A stretch of DNA of 52,684 nt from a virus. The stretch is taken from IMG/VR virus record IMGVR_UViG_3300044455_000043, positions 1 to 52,684 of that record. One strand, written 5' to 3'. Positions 35,661 to 43,006 of the stretch are shown piece by piece. Position 1 is the first letter of the stretch. Every line of letters starts with the position of its first letter. The notes beneath the pieces are model-generated. The model saw only the letters and a list, made by a program, of their open reading frames with translations. It searched no databases and was not told the origin of the DNA. The position numbers and the translations under genes are program-made.

Positions 35661-36264
35661 ATTCTGCGAGACGTTCCTTGGCGGCTGATAGCCTTTCATG
35701 GAACTGCGCTACGGCTTCCGCGATCTTCGCGATGATCGCTTCGTCGCGCTTGACCTCGAGGATAAAAGGCGGAAAGCCGCGGCGATAGGAAAGGAAGGTC
35801 CAGCGCGGGTATCCAGTTACGAACATCGAGCCGTGAACCTGGGCGGCATAATCGTCCGGCAGTTCTCCGGTGATTAAATATTTAAGATGAACCTGGGCGC
35901 TCGGGCATTTAATCTCCAGCCCGTTGTCGTCGCCCATCAATCCATCGGGAGAGCAGCCGAAAAGTCCGTCGTCGGTCGTGATAAACCCGACGTCGCGCAC
36001 CTTCTGATTGGTTTCGAGTTCGTAGAATGGCCGGGCCTCAATTTCCAGAATCTCTCCCTGCTCGATCGAAAATGTTGTGAGATCCATGAGCGGCGCCCCG
36101 GTCCATAGCTCGGCGAGTTTCGTGTAAAGGTAAGTCCGCGGCATCTCGCCGTCGCGAACCTTCCATTTCGGCGTGATGAGATTACTTAGGCCGGAAGCGG
36201 TCGGGATCCCTAAATGAAGGTTGACCCAATCGAGGGTTCTTTGCGAGACATTGTGGATTTTCAT
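35650..36264 (-). CDS. YqaJ-type (lambda-exonuclease-like) recombination exonuclease, 204 aa.
   Basis: LDWVNLHLGIPTASGLSNL and SPDGL...GLEIKCP (PD-(D/E)xK). It lies adjacent to the ERF gene. Confidence 0.7.
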   Translation of the reverse strand: MKIHNVSQRTLDWVNLHLGIPTASGLSNLITPKWKVRDGEMPRTYLYTKLAELWTGAPLMDLTTFSIEQGEILEIEARPFYELETNQKVRDVGFITTDDGLFGCSPDGLMGDDNGLEIKCPSAQVHLKYLITGELPDDYAAQVHGSMFVTGYPRWTFLSYRRGFPPFILEVKRDEAIIAKIAEAVAQFHERLSAAKERLAEYEH

Positions 36265-36374
36265 TTTCGGCTTTCGACGTATTGCACCAAGGCCCGAAAA
36301 ACTTCAGACTCCAGAACTATCGCATTCGACGGTGGTGAGAATAATGCGTTCGGCGCAGGGAGAGATAGACACAT
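36261..36374 (-). CDS. Possible small ORF, 37 aa.
   Basis: Its stop forms an ATGA overlap with the exonuclease start. C-terminus: NAIVLESEVFRALVQYVESRK. Weak call. Confidence 0.25.
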   Translation of the reverse strand: MCLSLPAPNALFSPPSNAIVLESEVFRALVQYVESRK

Positions 36375-36416
36375 AAACCGAATCGCCAAGGTACTGCTTG
36401 TTTACAGTCGGCTCGT

Positions 36417-37208
36417 TCACCAGATTACCCCTTGTTCGCCGCCGACAGGCTCCTCGCTTTTGCGCTCCGCCTTGCCCGATTCCTTGCGCTTAAGCATGGC
36501 GTCCAGTGCATCCCAGCGTTCATCCCCGACCGACTCGTAATTCGCTGCGCCGGCGAACTTCAAGAACGCTTGTTCATCAGCGCCGCACGCTTTAACGCGC
36601 GCTTGCAATTCCTCGCCGAGCGCCTTGCCGATAGGTTTCCCGATCATCCTAGCGTCATCATCATGCTCGACTGTGATATTCAGCGCGTCGCAGAGCGCCC
36701 CTCGTTTAGCGTAAGACTTCGTGCTCATATCGCCTTGCGCATCGCTCGACCCCGGCGGCTTGCCGTAGCGTACCGCGAACTTATTGGACCGGGAATGCCC
36801 GCTTTTGTGCGTGAGAGTGCAAACGCTGGTCAGCCGGGCGTCGCCCTCTTCCGTGTCGAAAGTGATGCTGAAACCGTGTCGCGTGAGCATCGGCTGAACG
36901 GTCGCCATGATTTCCTCGTACGGCGCAAAGCGATAGCGGCAACTGCCGTCCGCCTTTTGATCGACGGCCTTTGTCGCCTGCACGCGGATCGTCTCGCCTT
37001 GCAGATCGACCAGCGCGGCCGCGAAGTCCTTTTCTGCCACTCGTTTCTCGTTTCGCTCGTAAAGGTCCATCATGCGCGACAAGACCTCGACATGCTGGCC
37101 AGTAACTTCTCCGGCCTGAATGCTGGTCAGCGCGCCTTGCAGCATCAGCGCAACAGACGGTTCGGCGGTCTGCACCGCTAGTTGTGAATCTTCGCTTGTT
37201 TTTTTCAT
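36417..37208 (-). CDS. erf: ERF-family single-strand annealing protein, 263 aa.
   Basis: YRFAPYEEIMATVQPMLTRHGFSITF and STKSYAKRGALCDALNI are ERF-like blocks. It is paired with the exonuclease. Confidence 0.65.
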   Translation of the reverse strand: MKKTSEDSQLAVQTAEPSVALMLQGALTSIQAGEVTGQHVEVLSRMMDLYERNEKRVAEKDFAAALVDLQGETIRVQATKAVDQKADGSCRYRFAPYEEIMATVQPMLTRHGFSITFDTEEGDARLTSVCTLTHKSGHSRSNKFAVRYGKPPGSSDAQGDMSTKSYAKRGALCDALNITVEHDDDARMIGKPIGKALGEELQARVKACGADEQAFLKFAGAANYESVGDERWDALDAMLKRKESGKAERKSEEPVGGEQGVIW

Positions 37209-37211
37209 AGG

Positions 37212-37460
37212 TTATTGGTTCCAGAAAGCCTCCTCGCATGCCTGCCATTCGGCCGGAGTTAGCTCGATCGTGTTTCCGGTGGCGACGTTGACCGCATCGC
37301 CGAAATCTACTTCGCCGGGATCCGCTGCCGGGTCGCGTTCCGAAATGGCGCCGTGTTTGTTCGGCGCTTGGAAGTGGCGTACCTGAATCGCCAGGTTGAT
37401 CTCCTGCCCGCCCTCGAATGAGCGTTCGAGCGTCCAGGGGAAGTCCGGCCAATCGCTCAT
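37212..37460 (-). CDS. Hypothetical acidic protein, 82 aa.
   Basis: Coupled ORF. Confidence 0.4.
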   Translation of the reverse strand: MSDWPDFPWTLERSFEGGQEINLAIQVRHFQAPNKHGAISERDPAADPGEVDFGDAVNVATGNTIELTPAEWQACEEAFWNQ

Positions 37461-37633
37461 CGTGCCGATCTCCGCGCTGTTCGGCGCTGGCGCGCGTTGC
37501 CTTTAACCTTGCCGGCGGCACGCTTCGCTTGCCGTTTTGCTACCAGTCCGGAGTAATACGCGCTGTCGCCGCGGACCTTCGCCGCGCCCGTCCCGGCCTT
37601 CCCTCCCATGCTGCTAAATTTTGCGTGATCCAT
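37457..37633 (-). CDS. Small, highly basic protein, 58 aa (below the track cutoff).
   Basis: ATGA overlap downstream and TGATG overlap upstream. Sequence: MDHAKFSSMGGKAGTGAAKVRG... Confidence 0.4.
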   Translation of the reverse strand: MDHAKFSSMGGKAGTGAAKVRGDSAYYSGLVAKRQAKRAAGKVKGNARQRRTARRSAR

Positions 37634-37917
37634 CAAACTTTGTTGATCGCCAAAATTACCGCCCGCAAGTCCATGTCGCTCACGCGCTGCTTCAATATCT
37701 CGTGCTCGGTTTCGACCTCTTTCTCTACGTCCGGCGCGTAACCGTAGATCGGCTTTGTTTCGCCAGCCTTGCCCGCGTTGCTGCTCATCCAGCCCTTAGA
37801 TTCTTCAAGTTCGGCGTCAGTATAAGGGCGCCGGTCGATAACCGTATGCTCGCCGTGAACGGTTTTCGTCTCGGTCGTGATTTCCTTTATCGTGATCTCA
37901 AACATGGCGGAAACCAT
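37633..37917 (-). CDS. Hypothetical protein, 94 aa.
   Basis: ATG at 37917 was preferred over the tracked TTG at 37941. Confidence 0.4.
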   Translation of the reverse strand: MVSAMFEITIKEITTETKTVHGEHTVIDRRPYTDAELEESKGWMSSNAGKAGETKPIYGYAPDVEKEVETEHEILKQRVSDMDLRAVILAINKV

Positions 37918-37951
37918 CGCAAGCGGTTGCGAAACCGTCAAGTCTTTATTT

Positions 37952-38101
37952 TCACGGCCACCGAACCGGATCGCAGTCGTGCGGTCGCAGGATGTAGCCG
38001 GCGAGACATCGCATCTCGACCAGCAACGCGAGATATTCCTGCGTGAGCCCGCGCATCTGGATGCGCTTCCCGTTGCGGAGAATCAGAATTACCGTGCTCA
38101 T
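37952..38101 (-). CDS. Hypothetical protein, 49 aa (below the track cutoff).
   Basis: ATG 38101 is in an ATGA overlap with the upstream stop. The 64-aa tracked ORF in another frame looks non-coding. Confidence 0.35.
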   Translation of the reverse strand: MSTVILILRNGKRIQMRGLTQEYLALLVEMRCLAGYILRPHDCDPVRWP

Positions 38102-38403
38102 GGCAAATCAGCTTTCGGTAGCACGCTTTCAAATTGGATAACGAACTTCCCGTTTTCCATCGGGAGAACGACCGGACGAAAGTCGCTCACAATCGACACG
38201 TAGGACGGATCCCAGCCGCGTTGATCGTGTGCCTTCGTATTACTCCGCTGCACTCTCAGCCATTGCCCAGCGACCCCGCCGGCAAAGTCAACGTAGGGCG
38301 GCTCCTGCGCTTCCGGCGCCGCCTCCATTACGACGATCGCTCCGCAGATAAGCGTGACGACGCCACACGCGAAGCCTGCCAGGATTTTATTGGCGGCGAT
38401 CAT
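38098..38403 (-). CDS. Signal-anchor membrane protein, 101 aa. Its first 35 codons lie in 108-bp repeat copy 1.
   Basis: MIAANKILAGFACGVVTLICGAIVVMEAAPEAQEP followed by a unique 66-aa domain. Confidence 0.5.
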   Translation of the reverse strand: MIAANKILAGFACGVVTLICGAIVVMEAAPEAQEPPYVDFAGGVAGQWLRVQRSNTKAHDQRGWDPSYVSIVSDFRPVVLPMENGKFVIQFESVLPKADLP

Positions 38404-38406
38404 TGG
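38299..38406. repeat. 108-bp perfect direct repeat, copy 1.
   Basis: Identical base for base to 39165-39272. Confidence 0.95.
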
Positions 38407-38464
38407 CTCATTAAGATCAGGCTCTTCTGATGCGGAAATAGAAATCCGCCTGAATATGTGCCGC

Positions 38465-38854
38465 TCAAGCGACAGCCAAGAGTCCTTCATCGCGTAGGCG
38501 AACCGGAACAGGGGGACATGACGCCGTCGGCGGCTTCATGTCCCCATAACCTTTTTTGGATTGTATAATCGCAATCCATTGGTCATCAAACTCATCTATA
38601 TGGCGCCATTCCGTCCATTGAACCGCCGCCGCAGTGGGAAGCATAAATTCAACGCGCAACGGCACTTCTGTAGGCTGACGGATTCGCTTAATTTCAGAAC
38701 GAACGGTCAGCCAAACGATTAGTGCGACAGGAAACCCGGCAAGCCACGGCAAGCGATCGCCCCACAACATCAATGGAATAGCGAAGACCGCCGCAACCAT
38801 TAAAATGGTTCCGATACTCGGTAGACTGGGAGCGGTGCGCTGATCCTTTTTCAT
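38465..38854 (-). CDS. Membrane protein, 129 aa.
   Basis: Two hydrophobic helices in the N-terminal half. Confidence 0.45.
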   Translation of the reverse strand: MKKDQRTAPSLPSIGTILMVAAVFAIPLMLWGDRLPWLAGFPVALIVWLTVRSEIKRIRQPTEVPLRVEFMLPTAAAVQWTEWRHIDEFDDQWIAIIQSKKGYGDMKPPTASCPPVPVRLRDEGLLAVA

Positions 38855-38859
38855 GTTAT

Positions 38860-39135
38860 TTACTGTTTAAAAAACTCTGCCAACTCTCTGAATGTAGCCA
38901 CCGCCACGCGGATTAGCAAGGCGACCGCCAAACACACTACGGTCAATGCGTCGCACAGCACAAGTAAAGCAAAAACCCACCCCAAGAGAAGCATAATCCA
39001 TGCGGGTAAATGAGCCGCCTCACACGCGGACATTAAATAATGCAGCGCAGCTGCGCACACCGTCAGGATAAGGGCCAAAAGGAATTTCTCGGCGATACCT
39101 TGGAATGCGTCGCGGAAGTGTCTGGAGAGGGGCAT
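38860..39135 (-). CDS. Polytopic small membrane protein, 91 aa.
   Basis: About three hydrophobic helices. Confidence 0.45.
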   Translation of the reverse strand: MPLSRHFRDAFQGIAEKFLLALILTVCAAALHYLMSACEAAHLPAWIMLLLGWVFALLVLCDALTVVCLAVALLIRVAVATFRELAEFFKQ

Positions 39136-39269
39136 ATACGGGTCTCACGACGTTTTAGACGATTCGGCTCCTGCGCTTCCGGCGCCGCCTCCATTACGAC
39201 GATCGCTCCGCAGATAAGCGTGACGACGCCACACGCGAAGCCTGCCAGGATTTTATTGGCGGCGATCAT
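39063..39269 (-). CDS. Possible 68-aa membrane protein starting in 108-bp repeat copy 2. Its tail overlaps the start of the next gene.
   Basis: Same 35 N-terminal codons as 38098..38403. Its ATG forms an ATGA overlap with the stop of 39266..39667. The unique tail looks low quality. Confidence 0.3.
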   Translation of the reverse strand: MIAANKILAGFACGVVTLICGAIVVMEAAPEAQEPNRLKRRETRICPSPDTSATHSKVSPRNSFWPLS

Positions 39270-39272
39270 TGG
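39165..39272. repeat. 108-bp perfect direct repeat, copy 2.
   Basis: Identical base for base to 38299-38406. Confidence 0.95.
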
Positions 39273-39667
39273 TTGCCCTCCGCTTTGGCAATTGCGGCGC
39301 GAAACTTCTTTCCGGCAATCGTGGTGAAAAATGTCGCCCATTGCGGGTGGTTCCCGTTGTCGCAAAATTGGGCGAATTGCTTGCACGCCTCAAGTAATTC
39401 AGGCGCGGAAGATATCAACGCGGCATTTGCTTCGGCCTCGTCGTCATCGCCTCGCACTAACCCGAAGTCTCGCGCGCCGCGTCCGTCTCTGCCGTCGCTA
39501 TCCTCGCAGATTCCGAAGTCGGAACCGGCATAATTGAAATAGCGCCACGGCCCCGGCGTATGCCGCTGTCGTTCTGGCGTGTAAATCAATCCGCAGAGAT
39601 CGCACTTCCATTCATTACCTTTTCCTGTGCGCGTTGTTTCTTCGTGCCCGCATTCTGTGTCGCTCAT
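39266..39667 (-). CDS. Conserved phage hypothetical protein, 133 aa.
   Basis: GPW... and AEANAALISSAPELLEACK are a recurrent phage early-protein signature. Confidence 0.45.
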   Translation of the reverse strand: MSDTECGHEETTRTGKGNEWKCDLCGLIYTPERQRHTPGPWRYFNYAGSDFGICEDSDGRDGRGARDFGLVRGDDDEAEANAALISSAPELLEACKQFAQFCDNGNHPQWATFFTTIAGKKFRAAIAKAEGNQ

Positions 39668-39700
39668 GTTTTTGTTTTCTTTCTGTTGTGGTTTAACTGC

Positions 39701-40180
39701 TCAGTTGATCCGGTAAATGTAGAACTCGCCCTCCTCGTTCTCTTCTCCGTCGTAACTGCTCATAAAATGCCCGCGGCCATCCGCTCCGATGGCATCTTCC
39801 ACGAACGATTCGAGACCTCCATCTCCGCGTTCAATCAACGCAAGCACTGCGTCGTTCGAGCTTTCGCACTGCGGCTGGAGTGCCGTAAAGACTTCCTCGG
39901 GCAAGTCCGTAAAGCTCGCCAGAAATGAAGAGTTGAACGCCCATGCGCTGTCTTTGATATATTCTGCTGCGGCCTTGTCGCACTCCGAATCGGTCCCGAT
40001 CGCGTATTCCCGCGAGCCTTGCGAGTAAAGCGCAAGACCGTAATGGTCGTAGCTTTCGCGATCCAGGTCGCCCGGCTCGCAATCGAGATACGCACACAAG
40101 GCGCGCACAATTTCGCCATCCGTGCTGGCGTCATGTCCAGCCTCTTCGATTTGTTCGTCCGTGATTTTGTCCGTCGTCAT
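39701..40180 (-). CDS. Highly acidic protein, 159 aa (ArdA-like antirestriction or DNA-mimic candidate).
   Basis: About 38 Asp+Glu against about 10 Lys+Arg. The C-terminus (DAIGADGRGHFMSSYDGEE..EFYIYRIN) resembles the ArdA C-terminal block. It is the second gene of the leftward operon. Confidence 0.4.
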   Translation of the reverse strand: MTTDKITDEQIEEAGHDASTDGEIVRALCAYLDCEPGDLDRESYDHYGLALYSQGSREYAIGTDSECDKAAAEYIKDSAWAFNSSFLASFTDLPEEVFTALQPQCESSNDAVLALIERGDGGLESFVEDAIGADGRGHFMSSYDGEENEEGEFYIYRIN

Positions 40181-40204
40181 GTTGTTTTTCTTTCTATTTT
40201 AGGT

Positions 40205-40384
40205 TTATCGGTTCGCGCTTCGTGCGCTCTGCCGGTTTTTCGCTTTGTGTTTGTGAACGGCTCCGGCTGCGATTCCAGCCGCAACCGCAATCTCCCGCCG
40301 GCGCGCTTTGCTCAGTTTGGCTGAGCGCGCCTTCCCGCCGAGACTCGCAAACTCGGCCAGCGTCAGTGGTTTCTTCTCTGTCAT
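40205..40384 (-). CDS. Small basic protein, 59 aa; first gene of the leftward operon.
   Basis: ATG 40384 is preceded by AGAGGG. SLGGKARSAKLSKARRREIA motif. The tracked start at 40411 lacks a Shine-Dalgarno sequence. Confidence 0.4.
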   Translation of the reverse strand: MTEKKPLTLAEFASLGGKARSAKLSKARRREIAVAAGIAAGAVHKHKAKNRQSARSANR

Positions 40385-40404
40385 GCCCTCTATATAATAG
40401 AGCG

Positions 40405-40562
40405 TAATCATGCCCGCAAGCTAAATCATGCAAGCAAGAAAATAAAGATAAAACTGGCACGCGCCCTGCCTAAAGCCTGAATCATGCCAGAAAGATAAAA
40501 CGACCGAAAAGAAAAGTAGAAATAAATCTTGCTTGCACGTTTGCGCGTAGTAATCTTGGGGC
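40405..40562. promoter_or_regulatory. Divergent early/late control region with repeated operator-like motifs.
   Basis: AATCATGC occurs three times (40406, 40424, 40480). An 11-bp perfect inverted repeat joins TGCAAGCAAGA (40429-40439) and TCTTGCTTGCA (40527-40537). The region is A/T-rich and sits between oppositely oriented first genes. Confidence 0.45.
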
Positions 40563-40919
40563 ATGCAATTAGAGAAAAACATTCAAGCTGGCGAGCGGCA
40601 CGCACATCAATTCACACGTTCAAAGCCAACGGCATCCGTTGAGACTTGCGCATGCGGCAAGTTTCGGTTTACGGAGCACGCCGGAGAGCCGATCGTGGAA
40701 CAACCCGCGCAATGCACGATGATCGTGCCGTCAAATATCCAAGCGGCAATAACCGGAGTAGGCTACGCCCGCATTTTCGGAAGTGGGATCGTGGAACTGA
40801 ATTACACGGACGGCTCGAAAGAATCGGCCGCAATCGCCACGCCAACGCCCAGCGAGTTCTTTGCGCTCGTTTCCGCGGTTCAAGATAAGCGCACCAAGGC
40901 AGAAGGGCGGGCCCTGTGA
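40563..40919 (+). CDS. Hypothetical protein, 118 aa.
   Basis: First ORF of the rightward arm. Confidence 0.4.
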   Translation: MQLEKNIQAGERHAHQFTRSKPTASVETCACGKFRFTEHAGEPIVEQPAQCTMIVPSNIQAAITGVGYARIFGSGIVELNYTDGSKESAAIATPTPSEFFALVSAVQDKRTKAEGRAL

Positions 40920-41212
40920 GCAACGCCGAAATGGATGCCGCAATGACCAAAATGCGCGCAAACATCGTTCCAGATCTAAGTATCTGCGTTATCGCGGAGC
41001 ACGTTGACAATATCAAACGGCGCTTGAAGCAATGGGAGGCAGAACTTGAGCGCGTTCGTGCCGACCGCGACCGTTTAGCGGCAGCATGCCAGCGAGTCTC
41101 TTGCGCTCCTTACGGCCTTGCGCTTGGCGATCTTGAAGTTGTCCGCGACGCAATCCGCAAATCCGGCTTAGAGCCATTAATGTCACCATCCGAACATCCA
41201 GACACGCACTAA
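40916..41212 (+). CDS. Hypothetical coiled-coil protein, 98 aa.
   Basis: GTG start in a GTGA overlap with the upstream stop. Confidence 0.4.
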   Translation: MSNAEMDAAMTKMRANIVPDLSICVIAEHVDNIKRRLKQWEAELERVRADRDRLAAACQRVSCAPYGLALGDLEVVRDAIRKSGLEPLMSPSEHPDTH

Positions 41213-41431
41213 TCCTCTCCAGTTGCACATCGGGCGCCGCGGGACTTCAACCGGGCGCCCTTTCCGTTTCCCCTTGCGCCACTCCGCCAGATGTGGCAAA
41301 TCCTCAAGCGTGACGGCAACCTTGCCACTTCCGCCAGTCCGACCATACCGACATAGCCAAAGCCTCGTTCCGCGCAATCCTGGGGCATTCTCGAAAGCTT
41401 TTCTCGGCCAGTTTCGGCCAAAAAGGGCGAA

Positions 41432-42049
41432 ATGACCGTTTCCGACGATTCAGGCGGCAATCCGGCCAAGCCGAAACGCATCCTGCGACCTCTGACCCCG
41501 CTCCAATGGCGCCAAGCGCGCATCATGTTCGAGACTGCCGGCCTCGACGTTACCCTGGCCAGCATTGCCCAGTCTTTCGACACTTCCCTTTCCGCTGTTC
41601 AGAAGCGATCCGCGGCTGAAAAATGGTCGAAAGGCGCCCAGCTTGTCGTTGACGCGCGCAAGCACATTGCATCCGCGACCGACTCCGCGATGGCCAAGGC
41701 AGCCGAGAAGGTTGGCGCCGACATGGCAAATAAGATCGCCAAGGAACTACAACCGTGGATCGAGAAGGAGAAGCGCGCCCATATTCAGAGAGCGATCAAA
41801 CGTTCTAAGCGCGCCATGAAACGCCTCGACCGTGTTTCGGAAGGTTATCAGGTTTACGACGCCAAGCGCGGTGAACTGGTGGATTGCGAGACTACTCCCA
41901 AGGATGAAATGAGCATTGCCACTGCCGAAGATAAGTACGACGGCATTATACGACGCAACCTGGGCATGAACGACTCAACCGGCCTGGACGGCTCTCTGTC
42001 CGTGCGCGTGCTAACAGCCGGCGCTGCGATCGAGATCCAGCAAGGTTAG
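41432..42049 (+). CDS. Helix-turn-helix DNA-binding protein, 205 aa (terminase small subunit candidate).
   Basis: LTPLQWRQARIMFETAGLDVTLASIAQSFDTSLSAVQKRSAAEKW resembles the Terminase_2-type N-terminal HTH, and a helical region follows. It is separated from terL by the inverted MTase island. Confidence 0.4.
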   Translation: MTVSDDSGGNPAKPKRILRPLTPLQWRQARIMFETAGLDVTLASIAQSFDTSLSAVQKRSAAEKWSKGAQLVVDARKHIASATDSAMAKAAEKVGADMANKIAKELQPWIEKEKRAHIQRAIKRSKRAMKRLDRVSEGYQVYDAKRGELVDCETTPKDEMSIATAEDKYDGIIRRNLGMNDSTGLDGSLSVRVLTAGAAIEIQQG

Positions 42050-42343
42050 CCTGGTCTGGTCTGATAACATCAGACAATGACTCTAATGTAAAGTCGGCGA
42101 GCGTTGATTGCCAAGGCTTTACACTGAATCAGGCCGATCTTAGAGGAACCATAGAGACCAGAGAGCTCTGCGGTGGGAAGATTGAGTAAGGAATCTCTTA
42201 TTCTCGAGGCCGGACCGTGGCAGCCGGCACCCCGGCGCCCCGCTGGTGGGCAGCGCGGGTGGGTATCTATACTCCCCTGCATAGAAATTTAGGGTTCGGG
42301 TAAGTTGGACACCTTTGCAGAGAGATTCTACTCCCGGGTGAGA

Positions 42344-42577
42344 TCAAATGAAGTCGTCGACAGTGAATTTCCCTGTGACTTTGGTGCGCTGGCGCTCAGC
42401 TTCCCAGATGGCGTAGGCATCGTCGTCGACCTGTGCCGCTGATTTTTTTCTCACGCGCGCGCGGCGCTTGCGCTGACTGCGGGGAGAATGTCGGAGCACA
42501 CCAGGTATGGCTGGGGATTGGAGAAAGATGAGGAAAGCATCGTCTCGCATTGGATAAAGGTAAGGCTGTCGCCCCAC
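42344..42577 (-). CDS. Possible small basic protein (up to 77 aa).
   Basis: ORF downstream of the MTase genes on the same strand. The C-terminal part looks protein-like and the start is unclear. Confidence 0.25.
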   Translation of the reverse strand: MGRQPYLYPMRDDAFLIFLQSPAIPGVLRHSPRSQRKRRARVRKKSAAQVDDDAYAIWEAERQRTKVTGKFTVDDFI

Positions 42578-42676
42578 ACAAGGAAGATAGAGGGGATACT
42601 TCCTTGAAAGCGCGAGTCTTGCTCTCGCTCGATTCCTTGGTGCGCTGTTCGGATCCCCAAAGGGAAAGGCGGCGCG

Positions 42677-42976
42677 TCACGTCAGCCGGGGGAGGTTTGG
42701 CTGGTGCTCGGCCCTGCTGACCGGCAGGGTAGGAAGTCGCGTGGGGCCAGCGTGCGGTGTCTCGCTTTTTTCTCGCTTCCAGGTTTGCCGCACCGGAGCG
42801 TTACCGGCTGAGCCATCCTCGGGCTTCTGCTCGTGCTCGCCTTTTTCGTTTCCGCGGAAGAGGTCGGGCGCAGTCGCTTTCATCCGCTTTTCCCGCCGGC
42901 CGAGTTGCCCCGACCGGCGGTTAAAAGGCGAGAGCACGAATGCCCATGTCTTCGGCGGATATGAGACGAATCGCAA
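42677..42976 (-). CDS. Possible small disordered protein. The likely start is the internal MKATAPDLF, giving about 68 aa.
   Basis: ORF immediately downstream of the MTase. Low-complexity composition. Confidence 0.2.
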   Translation of the reverse strand: MRFVSYPPKTWAFVLSPFNRRSGQLGRREKRMKATAPDLFRGNEKGEHEQKPEDGSAGNAPVRQTWKREKSETPHAGPTRLPTLPVSRAEHQPNLPRLT

Positions 42977-43006
42977 ATACCTTGGGCGGCGTCAAGAACT
43001 TTTTTG

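Noticed and set aside
36432-37521. A + strand 249-aa ORF and a second - strand 246-aa ORF overlapping the ERF gene.
   Set aside because: The ERF frame carries recognisable family blocks and is coupled to its neighbours. The alternatives are R/A/G-rich shadows.
37938-38132. The tracked 64-aa minus-strand ORF.
   Set aside because: It has an implausible H/R/A-rich sequence. A different frame gives a 49-aa ORF (37952..38101) whose ATG forms the usual ATGA overlap with the upstream stop.
38299-39272. Whether the 108-bp repeats could be a CRISPR-like or att-like structure.
   Set aside because: There are only two copies, 866 bp apart. Each contains a start codon plus a signal-anchor coding sequence, and the intervening DNA is coding. 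This is a gene-segment duplication, not an array or an attachment site.
41183-41377. A 64-aa minus-strand ORF in the 220-bp gap before the terS-like gene.
   Set aside because: It is in the opposite orientation inside the rightward arm, overlaps the end of 40916..41212, and has no Shine-Dalgarno sequence or motif. The gap may instead hold a late promoter, which I could not identify.
42050-42343. A tRNA or tmRNA in the non-coding gap, prompted by the GGGTTCGGG segment near 42292.
   Set aside because: I could not build a cloverleaf. There is no GTTCGAATC-type T-loop with a matching acceptor stem. This needs tRNAscan or Infernal to be sure.
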